NCBI GenBank assembly: GCA_964517145.1
Contig: CAZFBN010000004.1
Location: 3,461 to 67,460 of the forward strand
Source of the DNA: an uncultured Saprospiraceae bacterium
Lineage (GTDB): Bacteria > Bacteroidota > Bacteroidia > Chitinophagales > Saprospiraceae
DNA: 64,000 nucleotides
Direction of reading: 5' to 3'
Shown piece after piece: positions 9,516-17,956 of this stretch. The notes below the pieces were generated by a model that saw only the letters and a list, made by a program, of their open reading frames with translations, was not told where the DNA came from and ran no database searches. How positions within the stretch are numbered: the stretch's first letter is position 1; each line of letters begins with the position of its first letter. A program made the position numbers and the translations under genes.

Positions 9516-11519
9516 ATGGCAACAAGAATCCTTTTAACCTTCGTCTTGGGGCTGTGTGTTTCCACCTTGTTGACCGCTCAGGATAACCTGAACTGGAAAA
9601 AACAAGCCAAACTTGCTGACCAACTTCTCAAAGAAGGAAAGTATTATGAAGCCGCCGACAACTATGAAAAAGCTTGGCGCAAACGTACCAAAGAATCAGA
9701 ACTGATCTTCAACGCGGGCGAGGCGTATTATTTGGCAAAAGATTATCGGAAAGCAGCAGAAGCGTACCGCAATGTAAAGGATGATAATAATAAATTTCCG
9801 CTGGTGGGCTTGAAATATGCGCGGAGCTTGAAACAAGATGGACAGTATGCCAAGGCAAAGCAGGAGTTTCAAACTTTTTTTAACAGCTACACGGGCGATT
9901 CTAAAAATATTCTGGATGAAATCATTAAAACCGAAATAAAAGGAGCAGACCTGGGTTTGCAATTGCCTTCTCAAATGGATCGAACCAAGGAGGTGCGCTA
10001 CCTTGAAGGGGTGAATTCTACCGCCACAGATTTTGCGCCATTCCCATTTTCTGATGACGTGCTGTACTTGTCTTCCACGCAAGGCGGCAAGGCGCGCATT
10101 TACCGCACGCAGCGGGAGGGCAGACAATGGAGCAAACCTTCATTGCCAGAAAATTTTCCGGTGATTCAAAACAATCAACACTATTCCAACAGTAGCCTTT
10201 CGCAAGATGGCAATCGTTTTTACTTTACCATTTGCAGCGGTGTTCAAAGTTGGAGTGACTTGACGTCTCGTTGCGAAATTTTTGTCATTACCCGGCGCGG
10301 CAATGCCTGGAGCCAGCCAGAGCGCTTGCCCGATTTTATCAACATGGAAAAGTCCACTGCAACTCATCCATCCGTTGTTACACAGGGCAATCGGGAAATT
10401 TTGTATTTCGCTTCTAACCGGGAGGGCGGTCGCGGCGGCATGGATATTTGGTACACCAGCCGTGATATGACGACAGAAAATTCGGAATTTTCTTTTCCCG
10501 TTAACCTCGGCGGTATTGTGAATACCCTCGGCGATGAAATCACGCCTTTTTATGATAGCGTGGACGGCATGCTTTATTTTGCTTCTAATGGGCACGTTTC
10601 AATCGGCGGTTTTGATATTTTCACGAGCCAGGGCGAAGGCACTCGCTGGACCAATGTAGAAAATGCCGGCATGCCACTCAACTCTAGTGCGGACGACTAC
10701 TACTTTGTACAAAATAAAGCTGGATCAGGCGGATTTTTTGCTTCCAATCGTGTTTTTGGTAGCCAAAAAACGACCACGCGCGAAGAGGATATTTTTGAAT
10801 ATGCTTCTGGGGAAAAACGTATTAGCTTGCGTGGTAATTTGTACGATCAGGTCTCAGGCGCTCCGCTAACGCAGGCAACCGTTGGTTTGTATGAGGTAAT
10901 GGGTACAGGTGAAAATGTGATTGACACCAAAACTTTTTCGGATGGCTCCTATATTTTTGATATTCAATCTGGAAAAAGCTATAAAGTAAAAGTGGAAAGT
11001 GCAGGGTACGCGCCATATGAGTTTAAATTTACTGCCGACGATCCAGAATTGTACGTATATGGGCAGCCGGTTTATATGAACAAACCAACACAAGCAGTGA
11101 CGAATACCACTCCCAACAATCCTGGAAAAACGAATACGACTACGAAAACTCCACCAAAAACGAACCCTTCTACCGCAGCAAAAGAAGGCGATTCGTATAT
11201 CGTAAGGGGTAAATCGAAAGAAGATAATTTTGAAATTGTAACGTCCGCGCCTCGCCACGATGGCGTTTATTATCGGATTCAGTTGGCAGCTGTGTCAAAA
11301 TTTGACGCCAATGCCAGCAATTTAACGCCGGTAAAAGAGTTGGGCAGCATTCATAGCGAATTTATTGTGGATAAAAAACTGACGCGCGTGTTGCTAGGCG
11401 ATTATTTTACAAAAGAAGAAGCTACGGCAGCGCTGAATTTGGTACACCAGCAAGGCTTTCCAAAAGCATTTGTGGTACAGTACGAAAATGGCGAACGCTA
11501 TGGACAAGTAAAATTATAA
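9516..11519 (+). CDS. Secreted TPR / PD40 (TolB-like beta-propeller) / CarboxypepD_reg-like protein with a C-terminal SPOR domain
   Basis: Signal peptide and N-terminal TPR-like repeats, followed by repeated PD40-like segments (DFAPFPFSDDVLYLSS, HPSVVTQGNREILYFASNREGGRGGMDIW, EITPFYDSVDGMLYFASN). Then a T/P/N-rich linker and a SPOR-like end (YYRIQLAAVSKFD...GFPKAFVVQY). Confidence 0.7.
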   Translation: MATRILLTFVLGLCVSTLLTAQDNLNWKKQAKLADQLLKEGKYYEAADNYEKAWRKRTKESELIFNAGEAYYLAKDYRKAAEAYRNVKDDNNKFPLVGLKYARSLKQDGQYAKAKQEFQTFFNSYTGDSKNILDEIIKTEIKGADLGLQLPSQMDRTKEVRYLEGVNSTATDFAPFPFSDDVLYLSSTQGGKARIYRTQREGRQWSKPSLPENFPVIQNNQHYSNSSLSQDGNRFYFTICSGVQSWSDLTSRCEIFVITRRGNAWSQPERLPDFINMEKSTATHPSVVTQGNREILYFASNREGGRGGMDIWYTSRDMTTENSEFSFPVNLGGIVNTLGDEITPFYDSVDGMLYFASNGHVSIGGFDIFTSQGEGTRWTNVENAGMPLNSSADDYYFVQNKAGSGGFFASNRVFGSQKTTTREEDIFEYASGEKRISLRGNLYDQVSGAPLTQATVGLYEVMGTGENVIDTKTFSDGSYIFDIQSGKSYKVKVESAGYAPYEFKFTADDPELYVYGQPVYMNKPTQAVTNTTPNNPGKTNTTTKTPPKTNPSTAAKEGDSYIVRGKSKEDNFEIVTSAPRHDGVYYRIQLAAVSKFDANASNLTPVKELGSIHSEFIVDKKLTRVLLGDYFTKEEATAALNLVHQQGFPKAFVVQYENGERYGQVKL

Positions 11520-11543
11520 AAATTTCTAATATTTAAAAAGGAA

Positions 11544-11584
11544 AATCAGGTGATTCCTATCCAGAGGTCACCTGATTTTTTTTT
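11544..11584 (+). terminator. Rho-independent terminator after the SPOR-domain gene
   Basis: aatcaggtga (11544-11553) pairs with tcacctgatt (11568-11577), followed by a T-run extending to 11584. Confidence 0.7.
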
Positions 11585-11840
11585 CTCAAAACTTACCCTA
11601 CTTTCGAGCTGTTTATGTTATTTTGAACTGAAATGACTTTTTCGACAGCAGTTTCAATACACATTGACTTACGATGCGAATCAACGGTTGGGTTTTATAA
11701 AATGCTGATAAACAGCGCTTCAAGGCGTGTCAAATTTCAAAGATTTGGTAAACCTGTCGCATACTGATAAACCTTTGATTCACAGATAATAAATTTTTTT
11801 TAACCCTTCATTTTTTTGATATAATAAATGTTAATAAAAG

Positions 11841-14702
11841 ATGATGAATGTACCCAGTGAAAAGTTTGCTTTTCAAGCCGTACCAAGCGATCCATTTGAT
11901 GTAAAAATGTACACCTTGTCCAACGGGCTGCGGCTGTATTTGAGCGTGAATAAAAATGAACCTCGCATTTATACCAATATTGTGGTGCGCTCCGGCTCTA
12001 AGCAAGATCCGGCTGATACGACTGGCTTGGCGCATTACATGGAGCATATGCTTTTCAAGGGAACCAGCCGCATTGGTGCCACAGACTGGGAACAAGAAAA
12101 GGTGTTTTTGGAAAAGGTTTCTGACCTCTACGAGCAGCACCGCCAAACGCAAGACGAGGAAGCGCGCAAGAAGATTTATGCTGAAATTGATCGCCTGTCT
12201 TTTGAAGCAGCGAAGTTGGTAGCGCCCAATGAATACGACAAACTTTCAAGCGCCATCGGTGCCAAAGATACCAATGCCTACACCTGGCTGGAGCAAACGG
12301 TGTATGTCAATGACATTCCGACGAATGAACTCGAACGCTGGATGCACCTGGAGTCGGAGCGTTTTCGCATGATGGCGCTGCGCTTGTTTCACACAGAGCT
12401 GGAAACGGTGTACGAAGAATTTAACATTGGGCAGGACAAAGACTTTCGCAAAGTGAGCAAGGCAATGCGCGAGGTGCTTTTTCCCAGCCACCCCTACGGT
12501 ACCCAAACCACGATTGGCAGCGCGCAGCATTTGAAAAATCCATCGCATGTAAAAATTCAGGAATATTTTCAAACGTACTACGTCCCCAACAACATGGCAC
12601 TTGTGATGGCGGGCGATTTTGACCTGGACGAAGCCGTGCAATTGGCGGAACAGTATTTTGGCAATTATGAAGCCAAACCCGTGCCACCGTTCACGTTTGA
12701 GCCGCAGCCACCGCTCGAAGGCATTGTACGCCGCGAGGTATTTGGACAAGAAGCCGCTTATGTAGAGCTTGCCTGGCGCCTGGAAGGCAGCCGCAGCTAC
12801 GATCATTTGATGCTACTGTTGTTGCAAGGCATTTTGTACAATGAACAGGCGGGTTTGCTCGACATTTATTTGAACCAGGAACAAAAAGTGCTGGAAGCCG
12901 AAACGTGGGAATGGCTGCACGAAGATTATTCGGTCATGGGTTTGTACGGCAAACCTCGCGAGGGGCAGTCGCTGCAAGAAGTAGAAAAATTGTTGCTTTC
13001 GATGATTGAACGCCTGAAAAATGGCGATTTTGAAGATTGGCTGCTTGAGGCGGTTATTAAAAATTATAAACTCGAGGAATTGCGGGAAGTCGAATCGAAT
13101 CGCTCGCGGGTGAATGCTTTGACGCAGGCATTTGTGCTGGGCATAGATTGGAAGACATTTGTAGATTACATCGAAAGTCTGGCGCGCATTACCAAACAAG
13201 ATATAATTGCATTTTCAAATGCGAAATTTGGAGATAATTACGTAGTTGTTTACAAACATCAAGGCACTGATCCCAATGTGATCAAAGTAGAAAAACCAGC
13301 GATCACGGCGGTAGAATTGAATCGGGAGCGCGTTTCAGCATTTGCAACAGCATTTTTAAACAAAGAAGTGCCGCCACTGAAGCCGGTTTTTGTCAATTTT
13401 GAAGAGGTGATTCAATCACAAACTTTGCAAAATGGCTTGCAACTAGATTATGTTCGCAATCCTCAAAATGCCTTATTTCGCTTGGATTATATTTTTGAAA
13501 TGGGCAAAAATCACGACCGTCGGCTGGCTTTGGCATTGCAATACCTGGCGTATTTGGGCACAGATCGTTACACGCCAGCGCGTTTGCAGCAGGAATTTTA
13601 TCGCCTTGGCTTGAGTTTTGATGTGTATAACAGTGATGATCGGGCTTATGTGACGCTTTCTGGTTTGGAGGAATCTTTGGAGGAAGGTATTCAATTGTTT
13701 GAACATATTTTGGCAAATGTGCAGGAAGATGCGGGGGTGCTAGCCAACATGGTGTCGGATATTTTGATGAAACGCCAAAATGCCAAAAAAGACCGCGACA
13801 CGATTTTGCGCGATGCCTTGTCGAGTTATGCGCGGTACGGCACGGATTCGCCGTTTACGTATCGGCTGTCGGAGCAGGAATTGAAAAGTTTGAAACCATT
13901 CGATCTAACCCAATGGATTCGGTCGTTGACGTCGCACGAACATCGCATTTACTACTATGGTCAAAAATCCATGGGCGAAGTGGCAAGCATTTTAGAAAAA
14001 TACCATGAAGTGCCTACTCGGTTGCATGCCATTCCAAATATTAAAAAATTTGAGCAATTGGCAACAGAGCGCAACTGCGTGTTCTTTTTGGATTTTCCGA
14101 TTGTCCAAACAGACATCATGTTTGTGTCGCGCGGTACACCGCAGTTCAATCTGGAAGAGCACCGCCTGCGTTGTTTGTACAATGAATACTTCGGCTACGG
14201 TTTGTCTTCCATTGTTTTTCAGGAAATTCGAGAGTCCAAAGCGCTGGCATATTCGACTTATGCCATGCACACCTCGCCGCGCCGCCAGCATTTTCCGCAC
14301 TATTTGCAAGCTTACGTAGGTACTCAGCCTGATAAAATTTCGGACGCCGTGCCTGCCATGTTGGACATTATTGACAATATGCCGCTGGTGGATTTGCAGA
14401 TTGAAACGGCGCGCTTGACCATTCTGCGCCAAATGGAAAGCGAGCGCCTGTCGCCACGCAACGTGTACTGGGAATCCGTTGCTACGCAGGATTTGGGTTT
14501 GAATCGCAATATTGCACCAGACGTGTATCAAGCCATTCAGGAATCGAACACTAATACGCTGGCAAATTTCCATCAGTCTTATATCAAAGGCAGGGCTTTC
14601 AATATCGTGGTGCTGGGCGACCGCAAACACGTGAATTTGGACTACCTCGCCAATTTTGGGGAGGTGCAGGAGCTACAAATGGAGCAGGTGTTTGGGTATT
14701 AG
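11841..14702 (+). CDS. M16 family (pitrilysin/insulinase-like) zinc peptidase, 953 aa
   Basis: Inverted zinc motif HxxEH in GLAHYMEHMLFKGT. The length and repeated halves are typical of long M16 enzymes. Confidence 0.85.
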   Translation: MMNVPSEKFAFQAVPSDPFDVKMYTLSNGLRLYLSVNKNEPRIYTNIVVRSGSKQDPADTTGLAHYMEHMLFKGTSRIGATDWEQEKVFLEKVSDLYEQHRQTQDEEARKKIYAEIDRLSFEAAKLVAPNEYDKLSSAIGAKDTNAYTWLEQTVYVNDIPTNELERWMHLESERFRMMALRLFHTELETVYEEFNIGQDKDFRKVSKAMREVLFPSHPYGTQTTIGSAQHLKNPSHVKIQEYFQTYYVPNNMALVMAGDFDLDEAVQLAEQYFGNYEAKPVPPFTFEPQPPLEGIVRREVFGQEAAYVELAWRLEGSRSYDHLMLLLLQGILYNEQAGLLDIYLNQEQKVLEAETWEWLHEDYSVMGLYGKPREGQSLQEVEKLLLSMIERLKNGDFEDWLLEAVIKNYKLEELREVESNRSRVNALTQAFVLGIDWKTFVDYIESLARITKQDIIAFSNAKFGDNYVVVYKHQGTDPNVIKVEKPAITAVELNRERVSAFATAFLNKEVPPLKPVFVNFEEVIQSQTLQNGLQLDYVRNPQNALFRLDYIFEMGKNHDRRLALALQYLAYLGTDRYTPARLQQEFYRLGLSFDVYNSDDRAYVTLSGLEESLEEGIQLFEHILANVQEDAGVLANMVSDILMKRQNAKKDRDTILRDALSSYARYGTDSPFTYRLSEQELKSLKPFDLTQWIRSLTSHEHRIYYYGQKSMGEVASILEKYHEVPTRLHAIPNIKKFEQLATERNCVFFLDFPIVQTDIMFVSRGTPQFNLEEHRLRCLYNEYFGYGLSSIVFQEIRESKALAYSTYAMHTSPRRQHFPHYLQAYVGTQPDKISDAVPAMLDIIDNMPLVDLQIETARLTILRQMESERLSPRNVYWESVATQDLGLNRNIAPDVYQAIQESNTNTLANFHQSYIKGRAFNIVVLGDRKHVNLDYLANFGEVQELQMEQVFGY

Positions 14703-14733
14703 TCCCAACATCTCCAAGATTGAGTTTGGAAAA

Positions 14734-14771
14734 ACATAGGCACATAATGCTCTAAAATCGTGTGCCTATGT
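14734..14771. terminator. Hairpin between the convergent M16 and blaR1-like genes
   Basis: acataggcaca (14734-14744) pairs with tgtgcctatgt (14761-14771). It is flanked by aaaa on the left and tttaaatttt on the right. Confidence 0.6.
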
Positions 14772-14779
14772 TTTAAATT

Positions 14780-16591
14780 TTATTGTAATATAATTTTATC
14801 GCTATACACTTTTTCTCCTTGAATCACGCTGATAATCAAAGTGCCTTTTGGCGCTTTGCTCAAATCGAGTTGCTCATGGAACGAGCCGTCAAAATGTTGC
14901 ACATTCAGCGATTGCAATTCTTTGCCTTGCAAATCAAACACTTTCACCACCGTGGGCTTGCGCTCGCCGCTGAAGCTCAGGTTCAAAATGCCGGTGGTCG
15001 GATTCGGGGAGGCTTTGAAATTTTGCAATTTTAAAGTATTGGCGGGCAATTTCACATTTGCTTGAGCCACAGCCTGTTGTTTGTCTTCTTCACTCAGTTT
15101 AAATCGAATGGGCAAATTAAATTGCACATCTACTGACTGTCCTTTTTGCTTGCCAGGAATCCACTTTGGCATCAGGTTTACCAGGCGAATCACTTCCTCA
15201 TCACAACCACTACCAATGCTTCGCACCACTTTCGGCTCTAGGATGACCCCGTCTTTACCTACAATAAAACTTACTACACATATCCCCTCAATTCCTTTTT
15301 CACGTGCTGCTTGTGGGTATTTGATATTTTGAAAAATAAACTCCAGCATGCGGCGGTCGGCGCAATCTTTTTTCACTTTTTCGTCGCCAGTCAAATCCTC
15401 ACAGCCTGGGAAGCGCGGCATTTCTTCGACGACTTTGAAGATTTCTTCGGTTTCGCTTGGCATCGATTTATTCTTTTGAGTAACCCCATATCCTACCACT
15501 ACCACTTTTTCAGCAGGATTTTCAACAATTTTCACCTTTTCCTCATAAGTGTCTGGATTAAAAGTTACCACCGTATCACGAAATATCATTTCCTCTATTG
15601 CTGCGGATTCTCCTTCTTGTCCTTCCAGTTTGTAATGAACAGGTAGCATGTGATAAACGGAAGCAACCGATTTTCCATTTTTTATAGCTGGCTTCCATTG
15701 TGGCATAGATTTGACCACCCGTAGCACCTCTTCATCACAGCCGCCGCCGATGCCTTGTTGAACTTTTGCATCTTTTACAAATCCTTGTTCATCAATGGTG
15801 TATTTCACATAAACTGTTCCCTGAATGCCTTTCTCCCGTGCTTCTTTTGGATATTTGATCGCTTTGTAAACGTATTCCAGCATTCTGCGTTGAGAACATT
15901 CTAAGCGTTTTTGCGGATTTTGTTCTCCTTCGCAGCCTGCAAAAATGGGTGCTTCGTCTAAGTCGATTACATCGGTATTGGGTTTCTTCGAACCTTTCAG
16001 CCAGATTTTGATCAGATTTTGACCATCGTTGCGGAAAACTTCGATTGACTCAATATCGCTTGGATTGATTTTTTTCAGAATTTCATTGTCGTTGACTTTT
16101 CTTGTCAACTTTTCTACTTCCCCGTTTGCATAATAAATTTCAAAATTGACCATTTCCTCATTAGAGGATTTACTCTCTAAACTAATCGGAACAGTATCTA
16201 CTCTTACTGTGACGCCGTCTTTGGCTTCAAGTCGAATTTCACCGTCTTCAATTGCTATTTTTGTAAAATTTTCACCCCATACTTTTGTAACCACATTTAG
16301 ATCCGCTTTTGTGTCAAATTGCTCGGCAACCGCTTGCTGCACTTCCTCTGCCTGCTGCTGCAAACTTGCCTTCGCCTCCGCATTGGAAAAGACTAATAAA
16401 ACCAACAAAGTCAAAGGTATGACCAGTAGATACTTGAGCATTGCCCGCCGTTTGGATGGATTTCGCATCATCATAAGAATTCGTTTTTTCAGTTGTGAAT
16501 GAAAATGATTGGCAATGGCAATCGCAGGTCCGGACTGGGACTGCCGTATCAACAAATGACCATATTGTTTTCGTTGGGTCGTGCGCAGCAC
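14780..16591 (-). CDS. Downstream part of an interrupted BlaR1/M56-like protein: TM or signal segment, two TonB C-terminal domains, T9SS C-terminal sorting domain
   Basis: There are two TonB_C-like modules (PIFAGCEGEQ...IKYPKEAREKGIQGTVYVKYTIDEQG...MPQWKPAIKNGKSV and PRFPGCEDLTG...IKYPQAAREKGIEGICVVSFIVGKDG...MPKWIPGKQKGQSV). The C-terminus SPNPTTGILNLSF...VKVFDLQGKEL...GTLIISV looks like a T9SS type A CTD. The track start is GTG at 16591, and an internal ATG run (MMMRNPSKRRAMLKYLLVIPL) begins at 16474. It is in frame with the upstream ORF across a TAA at 16607-16609. Confidence 0.7.
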   Translation of the reverse strand: MLRTTQRKQYGHLLIRQSQSGPAIAIANHFHSQLKKRILMMMRNPSKRRAMLKYLLVIPLTLLVLLVFSNAEAKASLQQQAEEVQQAVAEQFDTKADLNVVTKVWGENFTKIAIEDGEIRLEAKDGVTVRVDTVPISLESKSSNEEMVNFEIYYANGEVEKLTRKVNDNEILKKINPSDIESIEVFRNDGQNLIKIWLKGSKKPNTDVIDLDEAPIFAGCEGEQNPQKRLECSQRRMLEYVYKAIKYPKEAREKGIQGTVYVKYTIDEQGFVKDAKVQQGIGGGCDEEVLRVVKSMPQWKPAIKNGKSVASVYHMLPVHYKLEGQEGESAAIEEMIFRDTVVTFNPDTYEEKVKIVENPAEKVVVVGYGVTQKNKSMPSETEEIFKVVEEMPRFPGCEDLTGDEKVKKDCADRRMLEFIFQNIKYPQAAREKGIEGICVVSFIVGKDGVILEPKVVRSIGSGCDEEVIRLVNLMPKWIPGKQKGQSVDVQFNLPIRFKLSEEDKQQAVAQANVKLPANTLKLQNFKASPNPTTGILNLSFSGERKPTVVKVFDLQGKELQSLNVQHFDGSFHEQLDLSKAPKGTLIISVIQGEKVYSDKIILQ

Positions 16592-16606
16592 CGCCGCGTC
16601 GGCAAT

Positions 16607-17242
16607 TTATTCGTGCACATTGCGCAGGCTGCGCCGATACAAGTAAATGAAAGGACTGCACCAAAACACGGTATTTAATATTTCTAGCATCAAAATATCA
16701 TAACTATGCCCGCCGCGAATGTGCGCCAGCTCGTGCCGTAGAATCGCTTCCCGATCTTCCGCCTCCAATTCTACATTTTTTGAAATAAAAAGGCTGTTAA
16801 AAAACGAAAAAGGCGGATGCACTTTTTCGGATAGAATGAGTTGATAACCATTGCGATAGCGCTTTTCACTGCGCCGATACAGCTTATATATCTGCCGCAT
16901 GCCCATTAAAAATCGAATCATACAAAACGCCATACCCGCCCAATAAATCCAGGTCAGTACATCCAAAATTTCCACGCCTGAAGTGATCGGCGTAGCCGTG
17001 ACGGTTACTTCCAAAGTTTCCACACCAACGGTAATTGGTTGGAAATAGACGGTTGCAATTTCACTTTCCGCCACCCGATGCGGCAATTCCCATTCTACCG
17101 CCGGAATAACCAGACTCGCCAGCAGCGTACTCACCAGGTACCAGCGGTTGAAATGAAAAAACGTGTCGCGGCTCAGCAGCAGCCAATAGAGCAGGTAAAA
17201 CGCGCCCCAGCAAATGCTCACTTCAAGGATGTAGCTTAGCAT
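16607..17242 (-). CDS. Upstream part of the interrupted BlaR1/M56 family metallopeptidase (TM helices plus HExxH)
   Basis: HELAHIRGGH zinc motif and N-terminal TM helices. It ends ...SLRNVHE-TAA, exactly where M56 proteins continue with the HE-x-x-AD motif. Confidence 0.8.
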   Translation of the reverse strand: MLSYILEVSICWGAFYLLYWLLLSRDTFFHFNRWYLVSTLLASLVIPAVEWELPHRVAESEIATVYFQPITVGVETLEVTVTATPITSGVEILDVLTWIYWAGMAFCMIRFLMGMRQIYKLYRRSEKRYRNGYQLILSEKVHPPFSFFNSLFISKNVELEAEDREAILRHELAHIRGGHSYDILMLEILNTVFWCSPFIYLYRRSLRNVHE

Positions 17243-17324
17243 CTTGTACGATTTACAAATTACGATTTTGGATTTACGACTTTCTCTACCCAGCTTCTAA
17301 ATCCCTCCACAAATCAATGACTCC

Positions 17325-17693
17325 TCAATCCTCTTCATCAAGCTTGTCCAACAAATTATTCAATTCTTTCATGTCTAATTCTTTCTTTTCCACCAAAAAA
17401 GACACTAATCGATTCATGGAGCCTTCAAAATAATCGTTCACCAGCTTATTTAGTGTGCGGCGGCTGTAATCCTCCTTGCTCACCGCTGGGTGGTACTCAA
17501 AAGTGCGCCCATAGGCTTTGTACGTGAGAAAACCTTTCTCTACCAAGATGCGCAGCATGGTGGAAACGGTGCTATGCGCCGGCAGATCGCCCGTATTTTT
17601 TTCCAAGTCTTCGCGGATTTGCCCAACGGTGCTCGGACCGATGCGCCAAATGACTTGCATGATTTCTTCTTCTGCTTTGGTGAGTGCTTGCAT
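17325..17693 (-). CDS. BlaI/MecI/CopY family transcriptional repressor
   Basis: 122 aa winged-helix protein (LTKAEEEIMQVIWRIGPSTVGQIREDL ... STVSTMLRILVEKGFL), immediately upstream of the M56 gene in the same orientation. Confidence 0.85.
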   Translation of the reverse strand: MQALTKAEEEIMQVIWRIGPSTVGQIREDLEKNTGDLPAHSTVSTMLRILVEKGFLTYKAYGRTFEYHPAVSKEDYSRRTLNKLVNDYFEGSMNRLVSFLVEKKELDMKELNNLLDKLDEED

Positions 17694-17712
17694 AGGTGTT
17701 GCTTTGTTGTGA

Positions 17713-17720
17713 CAAAGATA
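17713..17720 (-). promoter_or_regulatory. Bacteroidota -7 promoter box (TAtcTTTG on the minus strand) for blaI
   Basis: The plus strand reads caaagata, and the box lies 20 nt upstream of the blaI ATG at 17693. Confidence 0.45.
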
Positions 17721-17743
17721 AGATTAAAAAACACGTCACGCAA

Positions 17744-17779
17744 CTATTTAAATAGCTTTTTAACTAAAAAATTAGTTAA
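17744..17779. promoter_or_regulatory. Two perfect palindromes in the blaI promoter region (candidate BlaI operators)
   Basis: ctatttaaatag is at 17744-17755. ttaactaa-aaaa-ttagttaa is at 17760-17779. Together they cover roughly -25 to -60 relative to the -7 box. Confidence 0.35.
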
Positions 17780-17956
17780 TAAAAATATTGTTAAAAATTG
17801 TGACTTCTTGAAAAATTCCACGTATAACAAAATAAGGGCAAAGTTTTTCCTGTTTTTGCATAACAAAAATGATTAATTTGCGTAAACGTTTGCAGATGAT
17901 GGAATTGTGAACGCAATCCCAGTGTTATAAACTAACTCAAAAAACAGCAGGGCGGA

